Positions 1 through 13,000 of a stretch of 64,000 bases of DNA are shown piece after piece (the stretch's first letter is position 1; each line of letters begins with the position of its first letter). The notes below the pieces were generated by a model. It was not told where the DNA came from. It did no database searches and saw only the letters and a program-made list of their open reading frames with translations. The translations under genes and the position numbers were made by a program. The stretch covers positions 27,032,001 to 27,096,000 of the forward strand of contig NC_042999.1 of NCBI RefSeq assembly GCF_006345805.1, given 5' to 3'. Source of the stretch: Octopus sinensis. Lineage: Eukaryota.

Positions 1-252
1 AAAGAACACATACACACAGACAGTATAACTGTATACACAGGTAAACACTCATGAAAATTATTGATACAAAACATACAAAAAAAAATGCATGCGCAAGCAC
101 ACATTGTCTGTTACATATACAAAAACCATGCATAGACTAAAGCAGATTCATCCACACATAAACATGCCAAAACAAATACACACAAACACACACACACACA
201 CACACACACACAACACACACACACACACACACGCACACACCACACACACACA

Positions 253-283
<31 letters not shown>

Positions 284-1126
284 AAGCCAACATCATCATT
301 CACTGATTTGATCTGATGTAAATTTATAGATGAAAGGTCATAACACTAAGTCAATATTTGTAACCTTACTGGACAAACAGAAAAAGAACAGAACCTACTC
401 GAAGGCAACAATTACTCGAAAATCCTTATTTCGAAATTTTAATGGACATGCTAACTTCACTGTAAAGTTGATCCAGTAAATCCTATTCCTCAGTTCCTTC
501 AATAAACTTTTAAACTATGTCTTATTGCGAATGAGAACAAAATCACTATTATTGTTGTTGGTTACAATTGCATCTTAACGATGGGTATTAGATATCTTAC
601 CCAGAAAAAATTACTACATTAACTGTGTTCCCACTTAAACAATTAATAAGCACGCTTGATATTCACAATGAGGATGGAAAAAATTAAGGTCTGCCATGAT
701 AATATTTTCTCACGTGAATATCTTCCAGAAATATAAGCACATCGAACTCATGGTTAGACTCAAATAGTTCATCCATTACAGCCAAAGATATGATTAAGAT
801 TCTACAAAATAATACACATATAATCACAAAACTCATACACAGGTACGGTGTTACATGGACACACAAGGAGACAGAGGTGCGCGCACACACACACACACAC
901 GCATGCACTCTAGCACGTTACCCACACACATGCGCACAAACAAATAAAAAGAACGCAGTTCGGAGAACGGATAATGTCAACGACTATTAAAATGGTTGCA
1001 AGACGCAGCGAAAATTTTAGAAAAAAATAATGAAGTAAATGAGTGGAAACTGAACCAGGGCGTGTGTTAAACAATAAAGCACAAAAAGAGAAAGAGTATA
1101 CCGGTACACAACATTATATATATATA

Positions 1127-1382
1127 TTGATACAAATGGTAAGACAACAAAAGAAAGAGACCTCAATATTATGTAAGTAGAGGAATTTATCTGTAAATGT
1201 AATATGTGACAATTATTCAGTAGCCATGATAAAACTCCGAGATTCAGATGCCATTTTGGGGAATTTTTCATAGCATTTTACCGATGACCAGATAACTGAA
1301 GAGATGGCGGGTGGATTTCCACCTCGGCATCCGAAACTCGGAGTTTTATCATAGCCTCCGAATAATTGTCACATATTACATT

Positions 1383-1386
<4 letters not shown>
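1127..1386. mobile_element. Short Penelope-like/retrozyme-type fold-back insertion in (TA)n
   Basis: 1192-1241 is the reverse complement of 1337-1386 (50 bp, few mismatches); both outer ends abut (TA)n; contains a hammerhead motif at 1291-1350. Confidence 0.7.
1291..1350 (+). ncRNA. Type I hammerhead ribozyme motif
   Basis: GATAA-CTGAAGA-[GATG..GGTGG ATTT CCACC..CATCC]-GAAA-CTCGGAG-T-T|TTATC: stem I GATAA/TTATC, canonical core, near-palindromic stem III ACTCGGAGT, GUU triplet; one extra C at the stem II base. Confidence 0.7.
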
Positions 1387-1420
<34 letters not shown>

Positions 1421-1500
1421 TGTATATATATGTATATGCATGCATATGTATATATATGTATATACATATATACACATATATGTATGTATATACATACATA

Positions 1501-1989
1501 CAGCTTGCGATGAATAAGTTGTCTTCTAAATTATGCAAAAATAAAATAACATCTCATTGTGTGTTATGGTGGAAAGTCCTGTTGCCAGTTATAGACTATT
1601 CCGGCGGCCACTCTCCTGACCAAGGAAGCACTAGCTCCTCCAGATACTTGATGTAGGCCTCGGTGTTGAGTTTGAGGCCGTGTAGGAAGATGATTGGAGG
1701 CATAACACCACCATCTCTAATGATTACTCCAAACATCATGATGTTGACTTGATGCTTGAATTTTATGACTCTCGGTAAATGTTCGTATTGGAAGCCCCAG
1801 CGCGAATGCCAAGCAGTACAGCCTGACCTTTCCAAATGCCTGGCGGTGTGAATTGCGTCATAATGCTGTTCTTCTCACAGAAGGTGTACAACTGACCCTG
1901 CCATACTGTGTAGTCGAGAAAATAAAAAAAAGTAAGCTGCATGTGCGAAATTAAAAATATTATAGGGCGGCAATTTTACCATCGCTCTG
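1501..1989 (-). mobile_element. Internally deleted Tc1/mariner element (maT/DD37D-like) with transposase fragment
   Basis: Minus ORF VIKFKHQVNIMMFGVIIRDGGVMPPIIFLHGLKLNTEAYIKYLEELVLPW is a mariner DDD catalytic segment; degenerate TIRs CAGCTTGCGATGAATAAGTTG / CAGAGCGATGGTAAAATTG, each next to TA. Confidence 0.8.
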
Positions 1990-2009
1990 TATATATGTAT
2001 GTGTACAGA

Positions 2010-2081
2010 TACTATGTATATACAATATGTATTTATACATATATGCGTGTATACACATATTTGTATATATACATATGTATA

Positions 2082-2113
<32 letters not shown>

Positions 2114-2176
2114 AATTCTTTCGTTCTCTCTCTTTCTCTCTCCTTCTCTCTCTCTTTCTTTCTTTCTTTGTGTGTG

Positions 2177-2229
<53 letters not shown>

Positions 2230-2500
2230 ATATGTATGTATACATATATTTACATGTACAATATGTACGTATGTATGTATATATATACATACGTATATAC
2301 ATATGTGTATACATATTTCTGCGTAAGTGTTGTTTGTTTATCTGCACCTTAATTATAGTATGTGTGTGAGGAAACTAATTAATTTAAATGATTAAATAAA
2401 AGACAAATTTAATTACTTTTACTTTGAATTTTACTGTCACTTCTAATATAGGCAAAAGCCACACATTTTCTGCAGAGACAGAATCTGAAAAGTATATATA

Positions 2501-2548
<48 letters not shown>

Positions 2549-2650
2549 AGAGAGAGAGAGAGAGAGAGAAAGAAAGAGAGTGGGAGAGAGAGAAGAAAGA
2601 AAGAGAGAGAACGAAAGAGAGAAAGAGGAGATAGAAGAGTGCAAGAGAGG

Positions 2651-2692
<42 letters not shown>
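2010..2692. repeat. Compound (TA)n/(CT)n/(GA)n microsatellite cluster
   Basis: Directly visible dinucleotide runs. Confidence 0.95.
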
Positions 2693-3754
2693 ACTCAATT
2701 GATCCAAGTATTGAACGGTAATTACGTTATTGACATCGGAATTATGTGATGCTAAAATAATAGCGGTAGAATTTGAACGTAACTGGACGTAAATAATTAA
2801 CTGAAGGCATTTAATACCAAACTCTACTGGTTTTCTAATACATCGGCTTAAAATGTAAAATTTAATATGTCGACTTTCGATGATAGCAGATAAGCTTTTT
2901 CTTTATTTCAGCGAATTTTAATTACTATTGTTCGTACATTGCTGTCAGCGTTATATTTGTTTCAAGGTTAAAAACAGCGTGGAGAGAGGTAATGAGAAAC
3001 GATGAAGAAAACGAAAAATTCTTAGAAAGTTACAATCCTTTAAATCCATTTAGCCAACTTCTTAATTCATACTTTATTGCTTCGTTAGAGTGAAAAGATA
3101 ACGTTTCTGACCTTTTTACAAATCATCCTACACTAGTCTGACAAAAATGGAATAAATAATAAATTAGACCAAAGATCTCAACCTCGCTGAAGAGACAGAA
3201 TGCAAATAAATATACTAAATTGCCATATATCCTTTTTAAACCGAGTGGTTATGAATGAAGTCTACTGCACAACTATTGTAATATACTACTCCACACTATG
3301 TCAGAACTTAAATATGGATTAAAATATCTCAACTAAAGGGAAGAGACAGAATGAAGAGGAAATTGCCCATGTGTTATTTTTAAACTAAGCTATGAATGAA
3401 GTCTACGAAGCACCTGCTGTAATATGCTGCTCCATACTATATCTAAATGTAACCTGTAATAAATATCGATTACATAAGAGATGTATTATAAAAAGTTATA
3501 TTACAATTAAAGCTAAGTTTAATACAGAGATGTTCATCGGTGATGGATAAAATTTGAGAGTGAGATATAAATAAATTCAGTGTGAGGTAATAAATAATCC
3601 CAGGATATAAGGTAAAAAAACTGTGATTGTAACGCGGTGAGATGAGGATTGTAACATCTCACTAAAAGCATGTATATATATTATATTTCATTGTATCATA
3701 TATGTGAGTGTGCGTGTGTGTATGTGTGTATGTGTGTGTGTATCACGTTACGAA

Positions 3755-3834
3755 AAATATCTTAATATCATATCAATTTTCAAGCCGACCACATGTTATC
3801 GGCTTGAAAATTGTCAAGATATTAAGATATATTT
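3755..3834. repeat. ~80 bp interrupted palindrome (hairpin)
   Basis: AATATCTTAATATC..AATTTTCAAGCCGA / TCGGCTTGAAAATT..GATATTAAGATAT around a 10-nt loop. Confidence 0.8.
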
Positions 3835-5031
3835 CTTACCATATATAGGCTGTGCATATGTGCAGGTGTGTACATGTGCATAGATAAATACACGCGCATG
3901 CGTACATGCATACATAAGTATATACAAACATACATATTTACACAGATATATATATATATATACATATATATGTATATATATATACATATATATGTATATA
4001 TATATAACTGATTATATTATTTTGTTTTGGGATTTGGTTTGCAAGATTCTTTATGTGAGTTCGTGTGTTGAAGCATATTTTCGTTGTCTTGTAACCTTTT
4101 CAATAGTCTTGACCATTGAAATAAGTGGAAAGTTTACAGGTTAGTGCGTTAAGCTATAAGGTACAAAACGAAAATGACTCTCCCCGTCACAACAGACTAA
4201 TTATATTAATTTTATGCAAAATTGCCACTTTTTACCGACATTAATATTCAGAAGTTCCTTATATTACAATATATAGGAAATCTTAAATAGGAGCTCACAT
4301 CAACACAAGCACTACTATTTATAGACGTATAGAAATATCTTCCGACACAGACCTACATAAATGAAATTAGAAAATAATGGCGTCTAAAGCCTATCTAGCT
4401 ACCTAACCTCTGATCTTCGTTCGAAGAGAACTGCTGTAACTGCAGGGTATATATTATTTAATATAATATTCATGCCATTTCACCAAAATACATTCTGATT
4501 CTTATCTATTTCTCAATTATTTTTTCCTGAATTAGGTAGCTTTTTTCCCCCATATATACCAGTTTTACACGTTTCCTGAATTTAAAGGCAGAATATTTAG
4601 AATATATTATCAAAAGAAATGAAATTGCCAAAATTATAATTCCGTATTCCTTTACCATTTTCTTGAATGTGTCTTCAAATAATATTTAACATTAATTTCA
4701 TTTGATTAGATTAATGATCTATTATAACTTGTAAACAACAAAATAACTGATTTAATGCAGGAAACTAAAACTGTTTCCCTTAAAATCTAGTCTTCTGTTG
4801 TCTGCTGTTACGCAAACATCGAGATAATGTTATGTTTTTGGCGAGAGCGTAATATTCGTGTTAAACCATTTTTCAGTTCTTTAATATTTCTTATGCGTGC
4901 ATAATCGAAACATTAATATCTATGAGTATAGATAAGACATCACAAAAGTGAGGTAGAAGACGATACAAGATTTGAATTTAGAATTGGATGCATCATTGCG
5001 TCAGCCTAAGAGACAACACCAGTTATTCACT

Positions 5032-5064
<33 letters not shown>

Positions 5065-6712
5065 ATCTATCTATCTAGCTAGCTAGCTATCTATCTATCT
5101 CCCAGCCTTTCCCTCCCTATCTCACTGTCTTCCTTTCACAATCGCTTTCTTACCCTCAAACGTAGGATCTTGTTCTGAAAAGTTAAATACATCACTTATC
5201 ACTACGAGTGAACTTATGAAGTTGTACTCTAAACTCTCCTTCACTAGTTATTGCCTAAACAAACCATCTCCAATTTCTCTTATTCTGGATGTTAGTATCC
5301 CCCATGCTGTTCTGAAGACTCCGGTGAATGATTTTCCTTTATTGTCCTTATTTAAAATGTTTTCCCAAATGAAACAAGGAATATCAGTAATATACTGAAT
5401 GAAGGGAATTTGTTATATTGTTCTAGGTTCTTGTGTTTTTCTATGAAATTATTTCTGTTCCCTATCTTCTTTAAAAACTACTTCATTAAATATAAGCTGT
5501 GTTTCTTCCGGTCTTCTGCTAGCATCATAGTTAATGAAAGTTGCTCATGATTTGCATATGTATTTAACATGTTTATTTATTTATTTTTTCGATAGCGTTA
5601 ATTATATTCTTCACTTTCACTGCACACCTATTTCAGTCTTGTATACATAGGGTATATACAATGTATTGCTTTTATTTTGAAGGATTTATTATATCAGACA
5701 TGCTGAACGTAATATATTCAGACCAACTAGAAGTGATATATCCAGACTTTTGCGCGTATTTGTATAGCATGGTGTTTTGGCTATGAGAGTTTCTTAACAA
5801 AATTTAGTCATTTCTAATACGCAAAATGTTAAATGAGTTATATGTTTTACATCCCAGCATTCTCTTTAATTTTATTTTAAGATATATCTATTAGGTTTTT
5901 GGTTCAGATATATTAATTCTGTTTGTATTCATACTTCGATTACAAGATATCTCCTATCCAATTGGTTTTTGACTTCAATAATTGGTTGATTAGCCTTGAT
6001 TTTCCTGTTTGAATTGACATATTGAGTATGCTCATTTTGCCATTCTGCGAAGCTCTTTTATCTGTGCCGTCACTTTTTCCCTAGTCTTTCATAATGCTGA
6101 ATAAATATCAAGTGAATGGAAATTAGGTGTGTCATCATTGTATAAATATTATCCTTAACTAAAAGCCAAACAACCAGAGACTCAGGGTCAGTACGACTAA
6201 CTGGTTCTTCCTTCAGATAATAATACAATTAATAAGCATGTAGTATGCCATTGTTGTTTAGTATTTATTCAATTAGAGGCTCAAACAGGATGTTGGCAGA
6301 ATGCATAGATGTACATCAAATATGATGTACATCTGATATTAGATCCCATCAAACAAATGAAAAGTGTGATCTGCTACTCAGAGTTTGTTGAAATGAGTAT
6401 TATTAAATGATATTAAAATGAAATTAAATTGAAATTATATTTGAAATTAAATTTACACATGATTAACAAAAACTTATTTCATTCAAATTACTTGCAATGG
6501 GCCCAGTCTTTATAATCTCTGTCTCGTGTATCCTTTATATATGCTGTCCTTCCTTCCAAAATAGATAGTTGTTATGATAAACTTTAGAATACACTGATTT
6601 GAATATTCATCAAGGGGAATTATATTGACTTAAGCAGTAAGTACAACCTGAGCAGTTTATATTTCACCTAACATGTGATTTACTTTTGGACTGTAGCGTG
6701 TATATATATATA

Positions 6713-7017
6713 TCACGTGATCACGTGACCGACCAGACCATCAGATGATGCTACACATCGCTGGTCACAATGCGCTTCACATTCTTTTAGCCTTAAATGA
6801 CGCCACCCCGCTGGCTAAGCGAGCAGGCCAACAGAAGAAAGAGTGAGAGAAAGTTGTGGTGAAAGAGTACAGTAGGGATCACCCCCCCCCTGCCGGAGCC
6901 TCGTAGAGCTTTAGGTGTTTTCGCTCAATAAACACTCACAACGCCCGGTCTGGGAATCGAAACCACGATCCTACGACCGCGAGTCCGCTACCCTAACCAC
7001 TAGGCCATTGCGCCTCC
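6713..7017 (-). mobile_element. tRNA-derived SINE (octopus OR-type), tail variant A
   Basis: Minus head GGAGGCGCAATGGCCTAGTGGTTAGG..GGTTTCGATTCCC with Pol III A/B boxes; ~190 bp shared with 24435-24823; ends in CACGTGAT repeats. Confidence 0.85.
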
Positions 7018-7019
7018 AC

Positions 7020-7049
7020 ACACACATACATACATATATATATATATAT

Positions 7050-7080
<31 letters not shown>

Positions 7081-7211
7081 CTATATATATATATCTATAT
7101 ATCTATATATATATATATCTATATATATATATATGTATATATATATCTATATATATATATGTATATATATATATCTATATATATATATATATATCTATAT
7201 ATATATATCTA

Positions 7212-7250
<39 letters not shown>

Positions 7251-7290
7251 TATATGTATGTATATGTGTGTGTGTGTTTGTGTCTGTGTA
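7020..7290. repeat. (TA)n/(TATC) microsatellite
   Basis: Directly visible. Confidence 0.95.
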
Positions 7291-7449
7291 CTATTAACAT
7301 CAATAAAATAGAGTGAATGTTTCAACATATGAATATAATAATGAATATGTGCATGTAACTATACCAATCGGGAAATATCTCATCTGATACATCTAAGAAA
7401 AGATCTTAATTAATTCTACTAACCTACAGTTAATAAATGTATATACATA

Positions 7450-8190
7450 TTGTCTGTTTTAATATATGTGGATGACAACATGTATCCGTAGTAGTTCTAT
7501 TAGAAAGATAAAAGCAATAACTATGTAATTTTATCAACGAATGAAGTAAGTGGTTCGGAAAACTTCAAAGGTCTCAATAAGTTTGTTGACTAATACCTTT
7601 TGAAGTTCCTAATTGTTATATATGTAAGACAATAAAACCTCGGAGAATGACAGGTAGAAATACTCTAAAGACTTTGATAATCAAATAAAATATGCATGAA
7701 GCGGGAGTAATCAAAGTTAACGGAACAAATAATTTGTTGTACAATAAAATCATCCATGAACATCAGTTTGATATTTGTCATAGCATTCGTTTAATCCAGC
7801 TTATTGATCAACCGATGATCAGAAGCAAATATGAATATAATATATGGAAAACGAATCTATTTCCATCAATTTTCTTTCATGCATATGAGTTCCACTATAG
7901 CAAGTACAATATTTCTTATGATCACCTGAGACCACAATGTTGTCGAAATTCCCAAGTAACCACTTTACCGAAGCAGATAATGATCTTTCGAAAGGGAATG
8001 CATTATTTCATTTATTCCTAAAATAGTCAAAGTAGAAATATCATTGGCTAGTTCTACAAAGAAGAAATATATGGGACAGTATTGTGGAGATGCAGTTTCA
8101 TTTTCTGCTGAAATAAGTTCATTACATTTATGCTTCGAATGCCCATAAGAAAAGCATAAACATGGACGTTTACCAATATACGCCAACTTA
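7450..8190 (-). pseudogene. Possible heavily decayed Cys-loop receptor (nAChR/chemotactile-receptor-like) relic
   Basis: Minus-strand patches CLCFSYG, LTILGINEIMHSLSKDHYL, VFRVFLPV and SFVDKI occur in the order expected for signal peptide, ligand-binding domain, M1 and M4; many stops and shifts; by-eye only. Confidence 0.2.
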
Positions 8191-9114
8191 AAAAGTTTTA
8201 TTTTAAAGCCAATGCATCAAAACCTTTCATGATTCCGCTTTATGTGCTAATTTCCTTTTACCAGTACATCCGAATCAGCTATTAATAAAAAGGCATATCC
8301 ACCTTTAGGCGGGCGCATGCATTAGATTCCGCACACGTACACCCAACAACGCACAAATTTATATGCATACATGCATATTAAGTAAATACATATATACACA
8401 TGAAACATAAACGCATCTACTAAACAAGAGGCATCGACATAAAACAGCAATATATCAGCTGATGAAAATTTTTGAGAATATATCACTCCCGTTCAGAATC
8501 TATTTCACTGTATTCCATTTATCTCTTTGGATATATTTAATGACAAAACTTAACCTTGCCACCTGTGTGGGATACGCTAGTTGCTTTTATTAGCAACATT
8601 TAAAAATGATCTACGTGAAATACTGCTGGGTGTTGAGCTTCAAAATTTTGCGGGGAACTTATCTCAATTGAAATGTCATTACTGCATATATTTAAAACAA
8701 TAAGCACCCATAAATGGAGAGCAGGGAGATTCATCTCCAAATAGGTCGGATAAACATAGTTAAAAGAGGGATTTTTGACTCACATTCATATATCACATCA
8801 GAGATGCGGATATCTACGACCATCACATTCCCCTATCCAGGAATGCACACATACATCTCCGATCACACTTACGCGTAACCACTTACATATACACATGCAT
8901 TCTGAAATAAATCCGGCAACACGGAAGCTGACGCAGTTATACTTCAAAATATCCATTACGATGTTCATAAATCCAGGAACACATCGGTGTTCACAAGTTT
9001 GATCCCATCGTGTGGCATTCTATCGAGCAACTAATTAATCATCGATGAGCCATGGTATTCGTCAAACACGCACGAACGTGCACACACTCACACCCTCAAA
9101 TACACACATTTATC

Positions 9115-9163
<49 letters not shown>

Positions 9164-9234
9164 GTTATACATATGTATATATACACATATTTATCTTACG
9201 TGTAATCTATGTATGTATGTATGCATCTATTTAT

Positions 9235-9296
<62 letters not shown>

Positions 9297-9408
9297 CTAT
9301 CAATCTATCTATTTATCTTTCTGTCTATCTATCTACCTACCTACCTATCTATCTATGTATCTATCTATCTATCTATCTATCAATATATCTATCTACATAT
9401 CTATCTAC

Positions 9409-9494
<86 letters not shown>

Positions 9495-9514
9495 CTTTCT
9501 CTCTCTCTCTCTCT
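9115..9514. repeat. (TA)n, (TATC)n and (CT)n microsatellites
   Basis: Directly visible. Confidence 0.95.
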
Positions 9515-9798
9515 CAGTCTGTACTGATACCATGTAACAAGTATCCAGTGCATACTGTAGAGTGTTTGGCGTTTGGAAGGGCATCCAGTTGTACAATCAC
9601 TACCAAAAACTGTGCTCGTGACACATAAGAAACTCTCAGTCCACTCTGCGGGAAAGTCGGAGTTAGGATGAGTACCCTCCAGTAAAAACCATGCCAAAAC
9701 AGACACAGAAGTCTGGTGCAGTCTTCTGCGTGGCTAACTCCTGTCATTCCGTCCAACTCAAGCCAGCATGGAAAGCGGACATTAAACGATGATGATGA

Positions 9799-9848
<50 letters not shown>

Positions 9849-10213
9849 TTCCGTCCAACTCATGCCAGCATGGAATGCGGACATTAAACGATGATGATGA
9901 TGATGATATATATATATATATATATCATCATCATCATCATCGTTTAATGTCCGCTTTCCATGCTGGCATGAGTTGGACGGAATGACAGGAGTTAGCCAGG
10001 CAGAAGACTGCACCAGACTTCTGTGTCTGTTTTGGCATGGTTTTTACTGGAGGGTACTCATCCTAACTCCGACTTTCCGCAGAGTGGACTGAGAGTTTCT
10101 TATGTGTCACGAGCACAGTTTTTGGTAGTGATTGTACAACTGGATGCCCTTCCAAACGCCAAACACTCTACAGTATACACTGGATGCTTGTTACATGGTA
10201 TCAGTACAGACTG
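9515..10213. repeat. Inverted duplication of the RTE 3' end (arms 9515-9800 and 9925-10213)
   Basis: ~285 bp arms with about 5 differences; spacer of (TA)n plus a 60-bp third copy of the extreme 3' end (9846-9906). Confidence 0.9.
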
Positions 10214-12968
10214 GATCGTCAAGGAACTTGCAAGACAAACATTCTTTGGACATATACACAGGGAGCGGTGACCAGAATATAAATGGGATGATAGAGTAAA
10301 GAAAGAGAGAGATAGATGGTGGTAGGTGTCAGAGCATTCCCTCAAGGTACGGAAGTCATAATATACATGGAAGGATATTGTCGAAGAAGCTTGTGTAAAG
10401 AGTAGAGACTTACATGGATGCACAGAGCGTGGGGGTGGGGAATGTAGGGACTGGTGAAAACCTGGTTATAGAGTGGGTGGGTGAATATGGGAGAGCAATG
10501 ATACAATGAGCAGAATAGTGAGAACTCGATTGGGGAGTGTGAGATAAGCATAATGCAAGAGAGAGGAAATGTGAGGAAGAGAAGAGATGTAGTTTGGTTT
10601 GTTGGTGCAGGGTGTGTGAAAAGTAATGTCACATGTGGATGGAATAAACAGCGCTTCTAAAACTTAGTTTCTCTGACGCGGGCGGCATTTCTAAAGAATT
10701 TCATATTGCTAGACATCTCGGTCCATTGTCACTTCCTCCGTGAGGCCCAAAACCCTGAGAATAGTTCTTTCCACTTCATTCCATGTCTTCCTGGGTCTTC
10801 CTCTACCGCGGGTACCATCCGCTTTCAGTAGTCGACACTTCTTTATACAGCTGTCTTCATACATATGCACCACATGTTCAAACCGACGTAGTCTTCTCTC
10901 TTGCACGTTGCATCTTATTCCTCTTATTCCTCTTTTCTCTAAACTCATTTGCACCTTGTCCTACATGCACACTAATGTTGCATATCCAACAGAGCATACT
11001 CCTTTAATTTATATTTAGTCTACGCATGATTCTGCATTCAGAGCCCGTGTCTCACTACTATGGTGTAAAGCGTTCGTACACGAGCATCATAAAATCTTCT
11101 TTCCACTTTGAGAGAGAGAGAGAGAGAGACAGACAGAGAGAGTCATTTTGCTTCCAACAGAGGCAATAGATCTGTGCACTTCCTCCATTCTATTCTTATT
11201 TTGAAAAGAATAATTTCAGAGCATACTCCACTATTGCTAATTTGGTCATCTAGGCAACAGAAACTATCTGCAACTTCAAGACAGCCTCCTAGGTTAATTT
11301 CCTTGTACCCTTAGTGCTTATTGTTCCTGCGTAACTGGCACATACAAAGACGACTTTATCAATTAATCTACCTATGATTCCACTGCAGGAATGACCTTTA
11401 CCCTTGTAGTAGCTAACTCTAATACTACTACATTAGTCGTTAAGGATGATGCCTTCCTACATAACCTGATTAACTCTACGGGTGACTAGACTGCCGCGCA
11501 GGATCGTCCAATTATCCCCTAAGCTACACCGCCGGATATTGTAATCATCTCGGTAGTGATTGCTGGTGGTCCAGAGGCTCTGCCTGTCTTTATATCCTTG
11601 TCTGATCTATTATATTGCTATCAAGTCGGATCGCTGGCCCCTCAATTGGTTCAATATTTAAAAGACTCTCCTTCTTCCATTCATTTTCCACATTTAGTAA
11701 CCTTTCATAGTAACACTTCCATGCATCTTTCTTCTCTGAGTCACTAAGTGCAAGCATACCATTATCCATTCGCATACATGTCTCACCTATCACATTTCCA
11801 TTCTCTCTGTCACTCTGCTTTGCAATCCTGAACACCTCAAACCGCTTATCCCCATGCAGTGGAACTTTGGCAAATCTCTTACCTTCTGTAATTCAATTTG
11901 ATCTGTAAACATGTCGCCTAGCTTCACTTCTGCTTACCTGGTATTATTATACCACCGTTTTTCCCGTCTTTCCCGTCTTTCCCGTCTCTTTGCTTTTAAA
12001 GCACTGTCTACCTCCTTGTTCCTCTACCATGTAACCTTCACTTTAGCTGAGATATTGCATCAGCCTCAGATTTGTTCTGTAGCCCTGTAGCCCTCAATAG
12101 ATTGTCCTAGAGGAACGTCCAATTCTCTAAGCTATATGTCCTCACATATTCCTCTCTTTTTTTCAGAGGATTCCATTAAAATATTCCAAATTTTTGTCAG
12201 TTTGCTGTGTCTTTGGGTTTCGGCATCCGGAGGTTGGCAACAAGTTTTTTTGGGGGGTGGATGCAGATTTCTTTAAACTGGATCTCTTCCTGTCAGGTGT
12301 CCCGGATGAACCAACTTCACGGCAGGAGGTGCAGATGAGGGCAGCTGCATCGAACTCTCTCATGCACCAAATGGCAATTGCTAAAAAACATTCGTGAAGT
12401 AAAATCATGTAGCAACACCAAATGGCGGTGCCCTAGCATGGCCACTGCTCGTGAGCTGAAACTAGATAAAATAAAATAAATCATAATCTTATTTTCAGAC
12501 TGGTTTATTTCTTCAGGCCTTTCTAGCTCCGATCATTAAGTCACTAACTAGTAATCTATGTTGGGTTGTACACTCTTTACCTGGCAAAGACTTCACATTT
12601 GCGAGCATTTGCCTCCCTTGTTGCCCGGTGAGTAAGGTAATCAATCTGGCTTACGTGTCGACTACACTGATAATTGGGTAGGAACCTGGCTGGTTTCTGC
12701 AGTTAGAGTTGCAGATCATGAGATATTTGCATCATAGAACTCCAGTAGATTTGTTCCATCCACGTTTCTAGAGTCAAAGGCATAACCACCATGTACATCA
12801 TCGAATCCTTGAGAATGCTGCCTAGCATATCCAATAAAGTCATCGGCCACAATAACCAAGCCTTTGTCATTTGTATTTGAGTAGCCTGCTTAAGGACATC
12901 GTAAAATTTGTTTTTCTAGTCATCAGCCAAACAAGACTGTGGAGCATAGGTAGAGATAAATGTAATCG
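9925..12968 (-). mobile_element. Degenerate RTE-clade non-LTR retrotransposon
   Basis: Minus fragments: endonuclease (ISTYAPQ..QIDY..QHRLLV, ~12500-12965), FRIAKQSDRE..WKCYYERLLNVENEW, C-terminal RRLRRFEHVVHM..GRGRPRKTWNEV; (GAT)n tail at 9925; multiple stops and frameshifts. Confidence 0.9.
12165..12480 (+). mobile_element. 5'-truncated 3' end of a CR1/L2-group LINE nested in the RTE
   Basis: Aligns with 43480-43765 (GATCTCTTCCTGTCAGGTGTCCC..GGCGGTGCCC..CATGGCC..GCTGAAACTAG); (ATAAA)n tail. Confidence 0.9.
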
Positions 12969-13000
12969 TTAATTTATATATATATATATACATATATATA

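Noticed and set aside
3177-3450. Two diverged ~150-bp tandem units
   Set aside because: Only two degenerate copies with no ORF or structure; an ordinary old duplication.
6940-7017. tRNA gene (also 24745-24820 and other SINE heads)
   Set aside because: The tRNA-like heads lack a proper acceptor stem and continue into SINE bodies with tails or TSDs.
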